A stretch of DNA of 64,000 nucleotides from NCBI RefSeq assembly GCF_006345805.1, contig NC_043006.1, positions 34,162,001 to 34,226,000 of the forward strand. The letters run 5' to 3'. Source of the DNA: Octopus sinensis. Taxonomy: Eukaryota. Within the stretch, counting starts at the first letter, position 1; every line of letters begins with the position of its first letter. The notes under the pieces are model-generated. The model did not search any database. It had not been told where the DNA came from and saw only the letters and a program-made list of their open reading frames with translations. Below are positions 1 to 12,919 of the stretch, one piece after another. The translations under genes were made by a program, and so were the position numbers.

Positions 1-640
1 GAAATGAGGCCAGCATGCTCCACTTGATGGATAATGTCAGTGTGCACATATGACTGAGTGTAAATGATTTAAGAGGAAAACTGGGTATAAGTGGCATCAG
101 ATGTTGTGTGCAGGAAAGAAGACTGTGCTGGTTTAGTCATGTGATGTGTATGGATGAGAACAGCTGCATTGAGAAGTGCTGATCTCTGTGGAGGAATGTG
201 TGGAAGGGGGTAGACCCAGGAAGACGTGGGGTGAAGTGGTGAGAAGGGATCTTCAGATGTTGGGCCTCACTGAGGAAATGACAAGGGACCAAAACTTGCT
301 GTGCTTGAGAAAACATGTCGAACTAAGTAAAACCATGGCCATCCATACATAGAGGAATGTCCTCTATGTCCGTCTCTCAGCTGAGAGATCCTAGTCTTGT
401 AGGTGCTGGTGCCATGTATAAGCACCCATGCTGGTTTCATATAAAAATGCCTGTGCCAGTGCCATGCTGGTGCTACAGAAAATGTTCCGAGTGAACTCTG
501 TAAAGTGGTTGGCATTAGGAAGGGCATCCAGCCATAGAAACCATAGCAAAACAGACAAATGGAGCCTGGCACAGCCCTCTGGCTGGCCAGCTGTGTCAAA
601 CCATCCATCCCATGGAGAACAGACACTAAATGACGATGAT
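1..640 (+). mobile_element. RTE-clade LINE, degenerate 3' end with (GAT)n tail
   Basis: Broken frames give VNDLRGKLGISGIRCCVQERRLCWFSHVMCMDENSCIEKC and a GRPRKTW-like segment typical of the RTE ORF2 C-terminus. Followed by the tail ggaagggcatccagc...taaatgacgatgatgac shared with the 50.6-52.6 kb RTE copy. Confidence 0.85.
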
Positions 641-662
641 GACAATAATGATGATAGTGATA

Positions 663-1177
663 TCTCTATATTATAATTCTGAAATGCGAAAAGTTTGTTT
701 GTCTGGTTTTGGCATTGGAACGGGTTAAAGGGCACTAGATCCCGGCGGATTCGCTCCAAAATTTACAGGGACATATAAAATAAGGTGGGGATGTCAGAGG
801 GCTAGGTTAGAAATCCCTATCTTAAAAGGTGTGGTTACTAGGGCAAAAACGCACACTTTGACAAGTCTCCTCTCATTCTCTTATCTGCCTTTCTTCCTCT
901 CTCTCTCTCTCTCTCTTTCCTCCCTTCCTGTCACTTTCTCTCTATAACGGCGTTTGACAGCTACTACTATCTTTACCCCGCCGCCTTCGCCAGCACTGTC
1001 ATCTTTCTTCCACCGCCTCCCCCATCTCTTTCTGTACGTCTGTCTGCATTCATAGGGAGTTTTATTATCACCACCACCACTACACAATCATGAGAACAAA
1101 TATTATGAATCAGATATTTAAGTTAATCTATATGTGTGTGTGTTCTATATATAATGTATATAAACAAAGTGTATATA

Positions 1178-1213
<36 letters not shown>

Positions 1214-1329
1214 TTGTATACCTTTGTATATATAAAGCGTACACACACACACACACTTAGTGGCGATAAGATATTAGAAAGTAACAACCACAACCTCGCC
1301 CACGTGTAGAGCAGGTCACCTTAAGCTAG
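663..1329 (+). mobile_element. Non-autonomous Helitron-like element
   Basis: A|TC start at 663 and CTAG|T end at 1329, with an imperfect subterminal hairpin and no TSD. The body recurs inverted at ~26975-27575 and the 3' end recurs inverted at ~25495-25550. Confidence 0.65.
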
Positions 1330-1826
1330 TATTAATATATTTATAAATAAATGTTTAAGTAAATTTTACAGTTTTTGTGTGTTTTTGAATGGCTAACATG
1401 TCTTCTTCACTGTAATTGATTTAGTGATGTATACTTATTTGTAAACTTACATATTCATTTATATTTGAGTTTGCAGCTGGTTGAGTTAATAAAGCTGTGT
1501 ATAGCTTGAGGACCTTAAACAGATGTCAGTGATAAGTGTGTCACACCCATGGCCAAAATACTTAACTTTCATTGAGTCGCTTCACTGAGGTGTAACAAAA
1601 ACCTGTCATTCAATCAACATTCAAACCGTGACAATCTAATTTTCTCTTCTGTTCAGTCATTGTATATTTAACAATGTTTAAGATATCAGAGTAATATTTG
1701 GGGAAACTTTGCCACCCCCACTTTTTTTTTGTGAATTCCAGATCTAACACCTGTCGAAATGCTTACAAAATCAAAAAAAAAAAAAAAAAAAAAAACCCCA
1801 AAACAAAGAAAAAACAGCACAACACC

Positions 1827-1912
1827 CATGACTTTCAGAACCATTTTTCCAAACTCAGAATTGTTGAAGCATGGAATAAACTACCAGCATCAGTTGTTAA
1901 TTATTGGGACAC
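1827..1912 (+). mobile_element. CR1-type LINE 3' fragment
   Basis: Translates as HDFQNHFSKLRIVEAWNKLPASVV, matching the FFSxRVVxAWNxLP motif at the CR1/L2 ORF2 end. Confidence 0.6.
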
Positions 1913-2145
1913 TGCACAAGGCAAACACATCACAAACCCCTCCGGGTAGATGGCCCTGCTCGATCCGTAGAAAAGGTGAAGGTAGAAACTCCATAAGATG
2001 TATCCAGTGTAAGCTATGGATGCATAAGAGGTGCAGCAACATCAAAGAAAGGTTAACCAGGAAGATAGCTTTTGTGTGTGGCAGATGCACAGGGGCAATA
2101 AGCACCACAGATGCTCAGAAAACCGATTCTATCACATGCATCCTT
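1913..2145 (+). mobile_element. RTE LINE fragment encoding a PHD-like Cys/His finger
   Basis: WPCSIRRKGEGRNSIRCIQCKLWMHKRCSNIKERLTRKIAFVCGRC; a homologous frameshifted segment lies in the RTE copy at ~51500-51660. Confidence 0.7.
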
Positions 2146-2332
2146 CAAAACTCCCATGCTTCCTGAAATTTGCCAACAGTACACTGACATCACTCCACTT
2201 TTTTTTTAACAACTCATTCACTGGTCACTTCTTGTGTCTTATTCACACACTTTTGGCTACTTTTTCTGATGAGTTGTATTGCATCTGGGCACTGTATACA
2301 ATAGGATCATCATCATCATCATTATTATTTTC

Positions 2333-2545
2333 AATGTGGTGAGCTGACAGAATCATTAGCTCACCGGGCAAAATGTTCACTATTTCACCCATTGCTACAT
2401 TCTGAGTTCAAATTCCACTGAAGTCGACTTTGTCTTTCCTCCTTTTGGGGTCCAATAAATTAAGTACCAGTAAAACATTGGGGTCAGTGTAATCAACTAA
2501 TCCCTTGCCTCCCAAATTTCAGGCCTTGTGCCTTTAGTAGAAAGG
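2333..2545 (+). mobile_element. tRNA-headed SINE, family A
   Basis: Head gtgagctgacagaatcattag...gagttcaaattcc (A/B-box-like) and body gtcgactttg...tttcctcc...aagtaccag. Further copies at 6760-6980 (+), 41475-41610 (-), 42445-42657 (-). Confidence 0.75.
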
Positions 2546-2857
2546 ATTCTCTTTCTCTTTCTCTTGTTTCAGTCATTTGACTGCGGCCATGCTGGAGCAC
2601 CGCCTTTAATCGAGCAGCTCAACCCCGGGACTTATTCTTTTGTAAGCCCAGTACTTATTTTATCGGTCTCTTTTGCCGAACCGCTAAGTGATGGGGAGGA
2701 GGTAATTCCAAAAGAGTAGCTGCTAGAATTTGAAAGGGCTAGGTTAAGTACAGAGAACTGCTGCCCTTGTTGATAACAAAGGGCCACTCAGAGGCAGATA
2801 GTATGAAGCATGTGTACAAACAGCTGTGATTCATGGCAGTGAGACATAGGCTGTAAC

Positions 2858-2893
<36 letters not shown>

Positions 2894-2896
<3 letters not shown>

Positions 2897-3048
2897 TCGT
2901 TTAATGTCCATTTTCCATGATGGCATGAGTTGGACGGTTTGACTGAGGTCTAGCAAGCCAGAAGGCTGCACCAAGCTCCAGTCTGATTTGGCAATGTTTC
3001 TACTGCTGGATGCCCTTCCTAACACCAACCACTTTGAGAGTGTAGTGG
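2894..3048 (-). mobile_element. Family C retroposon (RTE-type tail) fragment
   Basis: Reverse complement of ggaagggcatccagc...catggaaaatggacattaaacgatg. Confidence 0.75.
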
Positions 3049-3499
3049 ATGAGGAGACAATTATTTTTACATACCAAATGCCCATATAGAGGCTCTCACT
3101 CAACCCCCACCACCAGGGCCTCTCCAAATCACAGCAAAGATTCAAACCGTTACACCCCCAACACCACCACCACCGCATTACTCCCAAACTGTACACAGAA
3201 AATACAAGACAACAACAAAGTTTCCATGTCTACCATTGTAACTCCAGATGACAAATTTTGACTATATTACCCACTCTCCATTCATCATCATCGTTTAACG
3301 TCCACTTTTTCATGCATGCATGGGTCAGATAGAATTCCTTGAGACAGGTTTTCTGAAGGCCAAACACCCTTCCTGTCACCAATCCTCAGCTGTTTACCAA
3401 GTAGGGTAATGTTTCTCCAACACCTAGACATGTTTTTCATGGAAGACTGGAAATAAACATTCTCACTTGTATGACACTGTAATGTCTATACAACGATAC

Positions 3500-3690
3500 A
3501 CACACACACACTATATATATACACACACACAATGGGCTTCTCTCAGTTTCCATCTACCAAATCCACTCTTACAAGACTTTGGTTCACTCAGTGTGGTAGT
3601 AGAAGAGACTTGCCCAAGGTACAACACAGTGGGATTGAACACAAGACCACATGGTTGAGAAACAAGTTTCTCAACCACACAACCACTCAC
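3500..3690 (-). mobile_element. tRNA-headed SINE, family B (head part)
   Basis: Matches the head of the 36481-36880 copy. Tail fragments of the same family at 2550-2700 (-) and 4280-4460 (+); heads at 6055-6225, 16030-16170, 20490-20620, 28310-28465, 45765-45845 (+). Confidence 0.7.
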
Positions 3691-4027
3691 ATATTAAAAA
3701 TACTCAACACCTTTCTATATAAAATGCTAGTTTACAAATTACCTGCCAGACCTCCAACACTCTGTAATATACAGGAATTGCATTCCTGGAACTTATAATT
3801 TCCTGACTGGAGTATTACAGGGCTCTGTCCTTGCACCTACTCTTTCCAAGCTTTACCTACATGATCCTTTCTCACATCTGTAAGATGTACAAACAGCTTC
3901 ATTTATAAAAGACATTCCACTCATGTTCGTCTACCATTCCCCAAACACCGCTGCGCTTCTACTCTGGCAAAAGCAGAACCAATCTCTTTTACCAGCCACA
4001 CCAGAGAACATCATATTCAACAACATA

Positions 4028-4251
4028 CAAGGGGATGCTGAAAAGTTCCTGGCTTTAAGGGTATCTCAAAAGGCTTAGTTGGAGGCCCAGCCTTCCAAGT
4101 TCTTTTACAGGGCTTAGAAAAACTGAAGGGCCACTGCAATAAATGTGTGAATCTGAGAAGGGAATATGTTGAATAGAATCATAATAAACTGATTCACCTG
4201 TATTTTCTTTTACCCAAAGCCAGGAACATTTCAGCACCCCCCCCCACCTTG
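4028..4251 (+). mobile_element. Mariner-derived MITE
   Basis: TA-flanked TIRs caaggggatgctgaaaagttcctggcttt / aaagccaggaacatttcagcacccc...ttg. Internal LQGLEKLKGHCNKCVNLRREYVE* resembles a mariner transposase C-terminus. Confidence 0.8.
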
Positions 4252-5092
4252 TATATACACACACACACACACCACATATACAGCCAGTGTTGGTTCGGTT
4301 GCATCCCTGTAACTTATCATTTTGCCAGAAAAGACCAAAAGAATAAGTACTGCACTTTGAAAATAAGTATTGGTGCTGGTCTGATCAGCAAAAACCCTTT
4401 GAGGTGGTGCCCCAGCATGGCCCCAGTCCAATGACTGAAACAAGTAAAAGATAAAAGAAAGGATTGTGTGTGTGTGGAGGGGTGTGTAGGTATATATGTA
4501 GACAGACAGTTATGCGTGTGTGTGTGTGTGTTTGAGAAAACCTGTCAGGCCAAGTGAGATTGTAGTCATGGCCGATACCGGTGTTGTGTAACAGGTACTC
4601 AGGTGGGTGGCACGTAAAAAACATCCACTACACTCTTGGGGTGGTTGATGGTAGGAAATGCATCCAGCTGTAGAAATCAGATTGGAACCTGGAGCAGCCC
4701 CCAGCTTACCAGTTTTCAATCAAACCATCCAACTCATGACAGCATGAAAAACAGATGTTAAATGATGATGACGATGATGTATGCATGCATACATACATAC
4801 ATACATACACACGTATGTATCTAAGTGTGTGTGAATGTAAGCACTCACATATATTCCATGAAACTGTTTATAATGACGCCAACTCTAGCTACAACTGCCA
4901 GCCTCTCCATCACGACCAGTAGAAGCTACAATACCTGGAGTCTAACCTTTATTTCCCTCAACAACAACACATGTCTTCAAAAGTAATTACAGCTAAAGAG
5001 TTGACTAAATCTTATCCAGATTGTAATCCATGTTTGATTGATAATTAACAATTGATGTAGAATTAAAGGCTCTTAACTTTTACAAATATAGC

Positions 5093-5143
<51 letters not shown>

Positions 5144-6412
5144 TGTGAGTGTGATGGTAGGTTGTGGTTGTGTATTGCTGTAATGACTGTCTCATTAACC
5201 ATGATTAATTAGTGAGACATTGTTCTCTGCAGGATAATGAGATATCTCACTGCTGGACAACATAAGTAAGCATAGTTACGGGCAGAAGGACAATCTGATG
5301 CCAATCTTAGTGTCCAGTGGTTTAGAAGTCTCTGCTGAAACATTTGAATTAGTTTAGTCAGCAGCGATGGCAGCAGCAGCATCATTATCGTTGCCATCGT
5401 TATCATTATCGATGTCATTTTCATCTTTAATAACATCACTAACATCATCATAACTACTTCTCTCACCTATTATCACCATCTCCAGCACTGTTATCATATT
5501 TATTATTATTATGTTGATGTTTATCAAAAACTGTCATCACTATGTGTTGTCATCACCACCATCATAGTAAACCCTATGTTCATCATCATCATCAACATCA
5601 TCGCCATAACCATCATCATCATGATCATTGCTGACATCATAAATATTTATATTTATTAACATATCATTATTATTGTCCTCTTATTTTTCATGTCGTCATA
5701 AGGTTATCTTCACCAACCTTTTTGTTGTTGTCGTCGTCATCAGAATCAAACAAATGCCAAACAAAATATCTGCCAGTATTTCGTTGCAGTCCTTCCCATT
5801 CTGGGATCAAATCCCATCAAAGTCAAAGTGAGGTTCAGCTTTACTTTCATTTTTCAAGTGGAGACAAACCAAGGACCAGTCTTAATCCTGAGATCAACTT
5901 AACCATCTTCGCTCCTCCCTCCTAAAACAAATAACCCTATGCCTATGCTAAAAACTGTCACCATCATCATCATGATCACCATCATCACCACCATCATCAT
6001 CATCACCATCATCACCACCATCATCATCATCATCATCATCACATATTAGAGTTGTTATGGGTGTGGCTGTGTGGTTACAAAGCTTGCTTCCCAGCCATGT
6101 CGTCTTGGGTTTAGTCCCATTCTTAAACACCTTGAGCAAGTACCTTTACTATAGACTCAGGCTGAACAAAGCCTTGTGAGCAGATTTGGTAAATAGAAAC
6201 TGAAAGAAGGCTGTCGTATATATATATATATATGTGTGTGTGTGAATGAGTTTATGGGTATGTATTTGTGTCACATGATGATGGCTTATGAGCATCCACA
6301 TCAAACAAGCAAAGATAAAAGGTATTTGAACTCAGAAGAATAAGGAACCAGAAAAAACATCACTAAACATTTTGTTTTGGTAATCATGAACATTCTTCCA
6401 GATCACCACTTT

Positions 6413-6750
6413 ATTATTACCTCAGCCTGTTTGCTTGTTTGTCTGTGGAGAAGATATCTCAAGAACCACTGGATAGATTTGGATGAAACTTTCAGGAATG
6501 TTTGGCCTCATGACTGGCATGAACTGATTATAGTTTGGGATCAATCAGGTACTGGACAAGGATTCTGGATTATTTTTCCTGTTTTTTTACTTAATTTTTG
6601 AGAGCAATCATGTTCATTTTTAGTATTCTTGTTTATGAGAGGAGTCGAGTTTATTTTAGATATTCTCATTTTAAAAATCATCTCTGGCTAATCATTGAGA
6701 GAATATTGATGTTGCCTTGATGGTGGTTCATACTGAGTGCTCTTATTATT
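6413..6750 (+). mobile_element. Helentron-associated (HINE/DINE-like) element, degenerate
   Basis: Starts attattacctcagcc, has a gtttgtctg microsatellite and gatttggatgaaactt, ends gccttgatggtgg...ctgagtgctct. This is the usual HINE layout, recognised by eye. Confidence 0.4.
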
Positions 6751-6759
6751 AATAGTTCT

Positions 6760-6980
6760 AAGGCGGTGAGCTGGCAGAATCATTAGCACGCCAGGCAAAA
6801 TGCTTAGCAGTATTTTATCTGCTGCTACATTCTGAGTTCAAATTCTGCCAAGGTCGACTTTGCTTTTCATCCTTTTGATGTTGATTAAATAAGTACCAGT
6901 TATGCACTGGGGTCAATGTAATTGACTTTATCCCTTCTCCCAAATTTGAGACCTTCTGCTTCCGGTAGAAGGAATTATTA
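6760..6980 (+). mobile_element. tRNA-headed SINE, family A
   Basis: aggcggtgagctggcagaatcattagcacgccagg...ctgagttcaaattctgccaaggtcgactttgc. Confidence 0.8.
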
Positions 6981-7749
6981 TTAATGGTTCTCATTTAGGC
7001 AAGGGGCAGGACATTAACTTTGGTGGGTTGGACTTTAGTTAATTACGTTTACCATAGTATGTGACTGGTATGTCATTTTATTAATCCTGAAAGGATGAAG
7101 GGCAGAAAAATAATTATTATTTCTAGCATAATTACAAAATCTGAAATTGATTGGTAGAAGTTGATTAAGTTGATTAACTCATCCCCAGCTTATGACTGGT
7201 ACTTTGTCACACATGGAGTGATGAAAGGTAATGTTTGTTGTTTATTGTTTATCCCTAAATCCTGGTTGAGTATACCCATGATCAAAAGTGATACAGCCCC
7301 ATCATCCCCAGGGCAAATTCATTTGGTTTTGTGGGGCAGACTTGAAACAAACTAGTTATTGAGGAGAGTCACAAATGGAATGTCAATCAGGGACTAAACA
7401 ACAACAATACAACCATGACTACCACTGCTGACACCTACAGATCTGATACTCCCACAACAAATCCCAAAATTCCTCAGCCAATATCGTTGCCATCAATCAT
7501 CCTCCACCTCACCTGCATACCCAGAAATTAACCCACAAGTAAAGCATTTGGGAGGTACATAACCAATCTCAGTAGAACACACACACACACACATACAAAC
7601 GCCAGATATTTGGTGTCCTAGTTTTGTCTTTCTATCTCTCTATTGAATGTTTTTCTTCTTTCATTTATTATTTATTCTTATTCTTTCCTTATACTCTTTC
7701 TGTTTCAGAGTCCAACATTTTATCATCTCTTGTCTTGTCTGTATCTCAC

Positions 7750-8220
7750 TCTCTCTCTTTCTCTCCTGCCTCTCTCTCTCTCTCTTTCTCTCCTGCCTCT
7801 CTCTCTCTCTCTTTCTCTCCTGCCTCTCTCTCTTTTTCTCTCCTGCTGCTCTCCCTCTTTCTCTCCTGCCTCTCTCTCTCTCTTTCTCTCCTGCCTCTCT
7901 CTCTTTCTCTCCTGCCTCTCTCTCTTTTTCTCTCCTGCTGCTCTCCCTCTTTCTCTCCTGCCTCTCTCTCTCTCTTTCTCTCCTGCCTCTCTCTCTTTCT
8001 CTCCTGCCTCTCTCTCTTTCTCTCCTGCCTCTCTCTCTCTCTTTCTCTCCTGCCTCTCTCTCTCTTTCTCTCCTGCCTCTCTCTCTCTCTTTCTCTCCTG
8101 CTGCTCTCTCTTTCTCTCCTGCCTCTCTCTCTTTCTCTCCTGCCTCTCTCTCTCTCCTGCCTCTTTCTCTTTCTCTTCTGCCTCTCTCTCTCTCTTTCTC
8201 TCCTGCCTCTCTCTCTCCCT
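7750..8220. repeat. Polypyrimidine minisatellite, ctttctctcctgcct(ct)n units
   Basis: Many ~20-28 bp units visible directly; explains the spurious SLSL/ERER ORFs. Confidence 0.95.
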
Positions 8221-8893
8221 TATTGCTTACTTTTTTTCTCTTCTCAACCCATTTTCCTTCTTCTTGGCCTCCTTTTTCCTCCTTCATCTCCCCACTCTCT
8301 GTCTCTCTCACTTTCTTTGTTTTTCCACTTTCCCCCTTGGTCACACTCTCTTCCTTATAATACCCATTCTTCTACACCTCTCTCTCTCTCCTTCCCTCAT
8401 GATTGCTTGCATTTGAGTATGTACAAGATATACAAGTAGTACATAAGTGAATGTCAACCCACTTCTCCACAACCCCTACTGCAATTCAACTCTAGAAATA
8501 TATCTTCTTCTTTAGCTATTGACCAACATGGCTGCCTTAATATTAGTTTGAATGTCAACAATGTAATGTTTTCTTTGCCATTTTGATAGTGTTTGCTTAA
8601 TACTACTTCATTATATTTGGATGAAATCTATAGAATTGGCTTCTTTATTTAATTCTCCTTCAATTTCATTCATGAATCCTTCAATTGTTCAATGGTTTTT
8701 TATCCGTGTTGTTATTCCCATTTTAACATTTGGTATGATTGGTCCAAGATAATTGTGTGCATATGAATGTGTATGTGTGTGATCTTATCTCCTTTTGCTT
8801 TATCTCACCTTTCTTTTTCTTTCTGGCATTGCTCTCCCTCTTCACAGATGCATGCACACACACACACATATGGTGTGTGTGTGTGTGTGTGTT

Positions 8894-8926
<33 letters not shown>

Positions 8927-8927
<1 letters not shown>

Positions 8928-10330
8928 CATCATCATCATCATCATCATTTAGCGTCCGTTTTCCATGCTAGCATGGGTTGGACGGTTCAACTGGGGTCTG
9001 GGGAGCCCGAAGGCTGCACCAGGCCAGTCAGATCTGGCAGTGTTTCTACAGCTGGATGCCCTTCCTAACGCCAACCACTCCGAGAGTGTAGTGGGTGATT
9101 TTATGTGCCACCGACACAGGTGCCAGACGAGGCTGGCGAACGGCCACGCTCGGATGGTGTTTTTATGTGCCACCGACACAGGTGCCAGACGAGGCTGGCG
9201 AACGGCCACGCTCGGATGGTGTTTTTATGTGCCACCGACACAGGTGCCAGATGAGGCTGGCGGACGGTGTTTGTTACGTCCCCAAAGCACGGAGGCCAGT
9301 CTATGCGGTACTGGCTACGGCCACGTTCGGATGATTTTCTTGTGTGCCACCGGCACTGGTACCACAAAGATACAAATTCCATTTATGTTCATCTATTTTG
9401 ATTTGTTTTGATTTGATTTGATTTGATTTGATTTTCACTTGCCTCAACAGGTCTTCACAAGTGTCACAAGAAGGAAGGTATGCATAGGTGGACTGTCTAC
9501 GTCGCCGGGTCTTCGGATGGTGTCTTTATGTGCCACCGACACAGGTGCTAGATGTGGCTGGCGAACGGCCACGATCGGATGGTTTTCTTGTGTGCCACCG
9601 GTACTGGAACCACAAAGATACAAATTCCATTGATGTTCATCTATTTTGATTTGGTTTGATTTTCACTTGCCTCAACAGGTCTTCACAAGTGTCACGCGTG
9701 TCACACACTTGCCTCAACAGGTCTCCACAAGTGTCACACACTTGCCTCTGCCTCAACAGGTCTTCACAAGTGTCACACACTTGCCTCTGCCTCAACAGGT
9801 CTTCACAAGTGTCATAAGAGGGAAGGTAAGCACAGGTGGACTGACTACGTCGCCGGGTCTTTGGATGGTGGTGGTGTTTTTATGTGCCACCGACACAGGT
9901 GCCAGGTGAGGCTGGCGAACGGCCACGATCAGATGGTGTTTGTTGTGCCCACAGCACGGAGGCCAGTCGACGGCCACGTTCGGATGGTTTTCTTGTGTGC
10001 CACCGGTACTGGAACCACAAAGATACAAATTCCATTGATATTCATCTATTTTGATTTGGTTTGATTTTCACTTGCCTCAACAGGTCTTCACAAGGGTCAC
10101 ACACTTGCCTCAACAGGTCTCCACAAGTGTCACACACTTGCCTCTGCCTCAACAGGTCTTCACAAGTGTCACACACTTGCCTACACACTTGCCTCTGCCT
10201 CAACAGGTCTTCACAAGTGTCACACACTTGCCTCAACAGGTCTTCACAAGTGTCATAAGAGGGAAGGTATGCACAGGTGGACTGACTACGTCGCCGGGTC
10301 TTCGGATGGTGTCTTTATGTGCCAGATGAG
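8927..10330 (-). mobile_element. Family C retroposon with internal hierarchical tandem arrays
   Basis: (CAT)n tail at 8927. 62-bp units start at 9101, 9163, 9225. A larger block ttttcttgtgtgccaccgg... starts at 9335, 9583, 9988. Many cacttgcctc(tgcctc)aacaggtcttcacaagtgtcac units. Confidence 0.85.
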
Positions 10331-10368
10331 GCACATAAAGTCTCAGATGAGACATAAAGGCACAGATG

Positions 10369-11858
10369 AGTCTCCCCAGCATGGCCCTCACCATTTGAAC
10401 TGAAACTAGTCAAAGAGCGCATGCGCGCACACACGCACACACATACATACATCTGTAAGATCTTCATTTTATAAATGTTCTGGAAACTATTCACAGCCTT
10501 GGATTTTACATATATAAAAATATATGTAATTATTTATATATGCATACACTACCATCATCACTTTCATCATTCCACTGTCTGTTTTCCTATACTGTCATGG
10601 TATTAATAATTGCACAATATTGTGAATTGTCATTCATCTGTAAAGCATTTTAACTGAATTCTTCATTTTTTTTCAAGGTTTATGATTGAATTCATTTTTC
10701 TCCTCTTTGATGGAAAGCAATGTCCAATATGTTAGCAAGCAGAATATGAGTTTGCATACAAACATGTATTTATGCACACACACACACACACACACATGCA
10801 TGCATGCACACAAACATGCACATGCACACACATACACACACACGTGTAAAACGTAAATGCGAGTCAGCTAAAAATAAAAACCATGCAATTAAATGATGGG
10901 CTATTTCAAGCAGCCTGCTGTCAGCCTGGCCTTACATTGCAATCAGGATATGCAAGCCCAAGAATGATTGCAATCTCAGAGTCATGACCTTAGTGCATGA
11001 AACAATGTCTCATTATTAATATTGATTCCAAAAATGGTAATAATGTGCAGACGACAGGCAGGATACATTCTGAGAATATTCAGAATGTGGAAGCAGTCTT
11101 ACAGAGGACATCTGTTCTCAGTCATCTGAACTGTATTTCTCAACTACATAAGGACAATGATAAAGCGTATTATATCAGAATTTTTAAAAATAAAATAAAG
11201 GATGATAAAAAGTTTAATAAATGCATTAAATAAGCAAGTCTTTAGTCAATGTCAACCATTAAAAAATATGATGAGGTCATTTAAAACGAAATGTTTTTAT
11301 GGTGAATTTTCCCACTAAAATGTTTATGGTGAAATTTCCTGTAACCTAATGCATATACGGAAGATCTTGGATTAGCTTGCATTGAGATTTTTAAAGAATT
11401 TGCACTGAATTGTACTCCAATTTCCAAATGGGAGATCATTTCATAGTGCTGAAGATTCCCTCCTCTCCATCCAAAGTAAGGAATGGCTACTGCAATAACT
11501 CAGGTTTCAAATGTCCTCGAATTTTCCAATATCTTGTCCAAAAAGCTGTGGATTTAATGTATTCAAGAATTACTTGGAAAGTTAAGGTTCTGAGGTTTGA
11601 GATGAACCATTGTCATGACATGAAACACAAATAAGGGTGGTTGCATCAAACACCCTCATCCATCTATCCTACCATAACTGGAAAAGAATGACTGTAGAAG
11701 TGGTAGCAAAAGTAATATCAGTCTCCCCAGCATGGCCCTCACCATTTGAACTGAAACTAGTCAAAGAGCGCATGCGCGCACACACGCACACACATACATA
11801 CATCTGTAAGATCTTCATTTTATAAATGTTCTGGAAACTATTCACAGCCTTGGATTTT
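10369..11858 (+). repeat. Perfect 139-bp direct repeat (10369-10507 and 11720-11858)
   Basis: agtctccccagcatggccctcacc...cacagccttggatttt is identical at both positions. Confidence 0.9.
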
Positions 11859-12021
11859 TTATCTCATTCTGTTAATTTTTATATAGATACATGCTAATAC
11901 ACAACCTACGTTGGACTCCTCATTCGTATCATTATCAAACCAGGAGCTTAACTGTAATCTGTCCAGCACTTACTCAGCATTACCTGACACCTTTGGGTCT
12001 TCTTGACACCAATACTTCTCA

Positions 12022-12148
<127 letters not shown>

Positions 12149-12285
12149 AAATATGGGGGTTTAGTTCACAGGTGATCTAAACGATTAGGTATGCTAGGTA
12201 AGTGCTGAAACAGATTACTAGGGCTCCAAGTTTATAGCCAAGATGGTAGTTATGGAGCCATTGCAGATTTCTGATATAGTGGATG

Positions 12286-12570
12286 TATAATTGTTAAAGA
12301 GGACAGCAAACATTAAAACAAGGCTAACATCTCAAGTCATATACATGACTATTATTGGAAAAAAAATTCAAAGTCTTACAGCTGTTTCTGGGATATCCCA
12401 GAGTATGGGATATTCCGTCATTAGAGATAAATAGGGAAAATGAGAAGGGCAAAGATTAATGAAATTTCATTAATTTCTACCTTTCTCCTTTTCTCTATTT
12501 GTCTCCAGTGATGGAATATCCCAGAGACATACCCCAGAATATCCCAGTTTGTTGTCCTCTTTAACAATTA
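12286..12570. mobile_element. Penelope-like terminal-repeat relic, inverted pair
   Basis: Homologous to 58080-58258. A minus-strand copy with a hammerhead motif is followed by a truncated plus-strand copy ending ttgtcctctttaacaattata. Confidence 0.6.
12373..12428 (-). ncRNA. Minimal hammerhead ribozyme motif, core mutated (CUAAUGA)
   Basis: Minus strand reads ATCT CTAATGA CGGAATATCCCA tactc TGGGATATCCCA GAAA CAGCTG TA AGAC; sister copy of 58110-58165. Confidence 0.65.
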
Positions 12571-12877
12571 TATATATATATATATGTAATGTGTGTGTGT
12601 GTTTTGCAATACCTGATACAGTTGCAACATTCAAAGATTTCTTTAAAAGTTTTTTACTATTTTAAAAAGACTTCAAGAAACAGAATCAAATGAACCTTTT
12701 AAAAGGAAGTTTTCACATTGATGCACACACATACACACTATTATAAACTTTATTGTATATATATATATCACGTGACCAACCAGACCATCAGATGTTGTTA
12801 CACATCGCTGGTCACAATGCGTTCACATTGTTTTAGCCTTCGAATGACGCCACCCCGCTGGCTAAGCGAGCAGGCCA

Positions 12878-12919
<42 letters not shown>

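Noticed and set aside
7624-8439. Four overlapping 227-271 aa ORFs
   Set aside because: Stop-free CT-rich minisatellite; low-complexity S/L or E/R repeats.
9646-10330. Regularly spaced repeats resembling a CRISPR array
   Set aside because: No unique spacers; the units are tandem parts of a eukaryotic retroposon.
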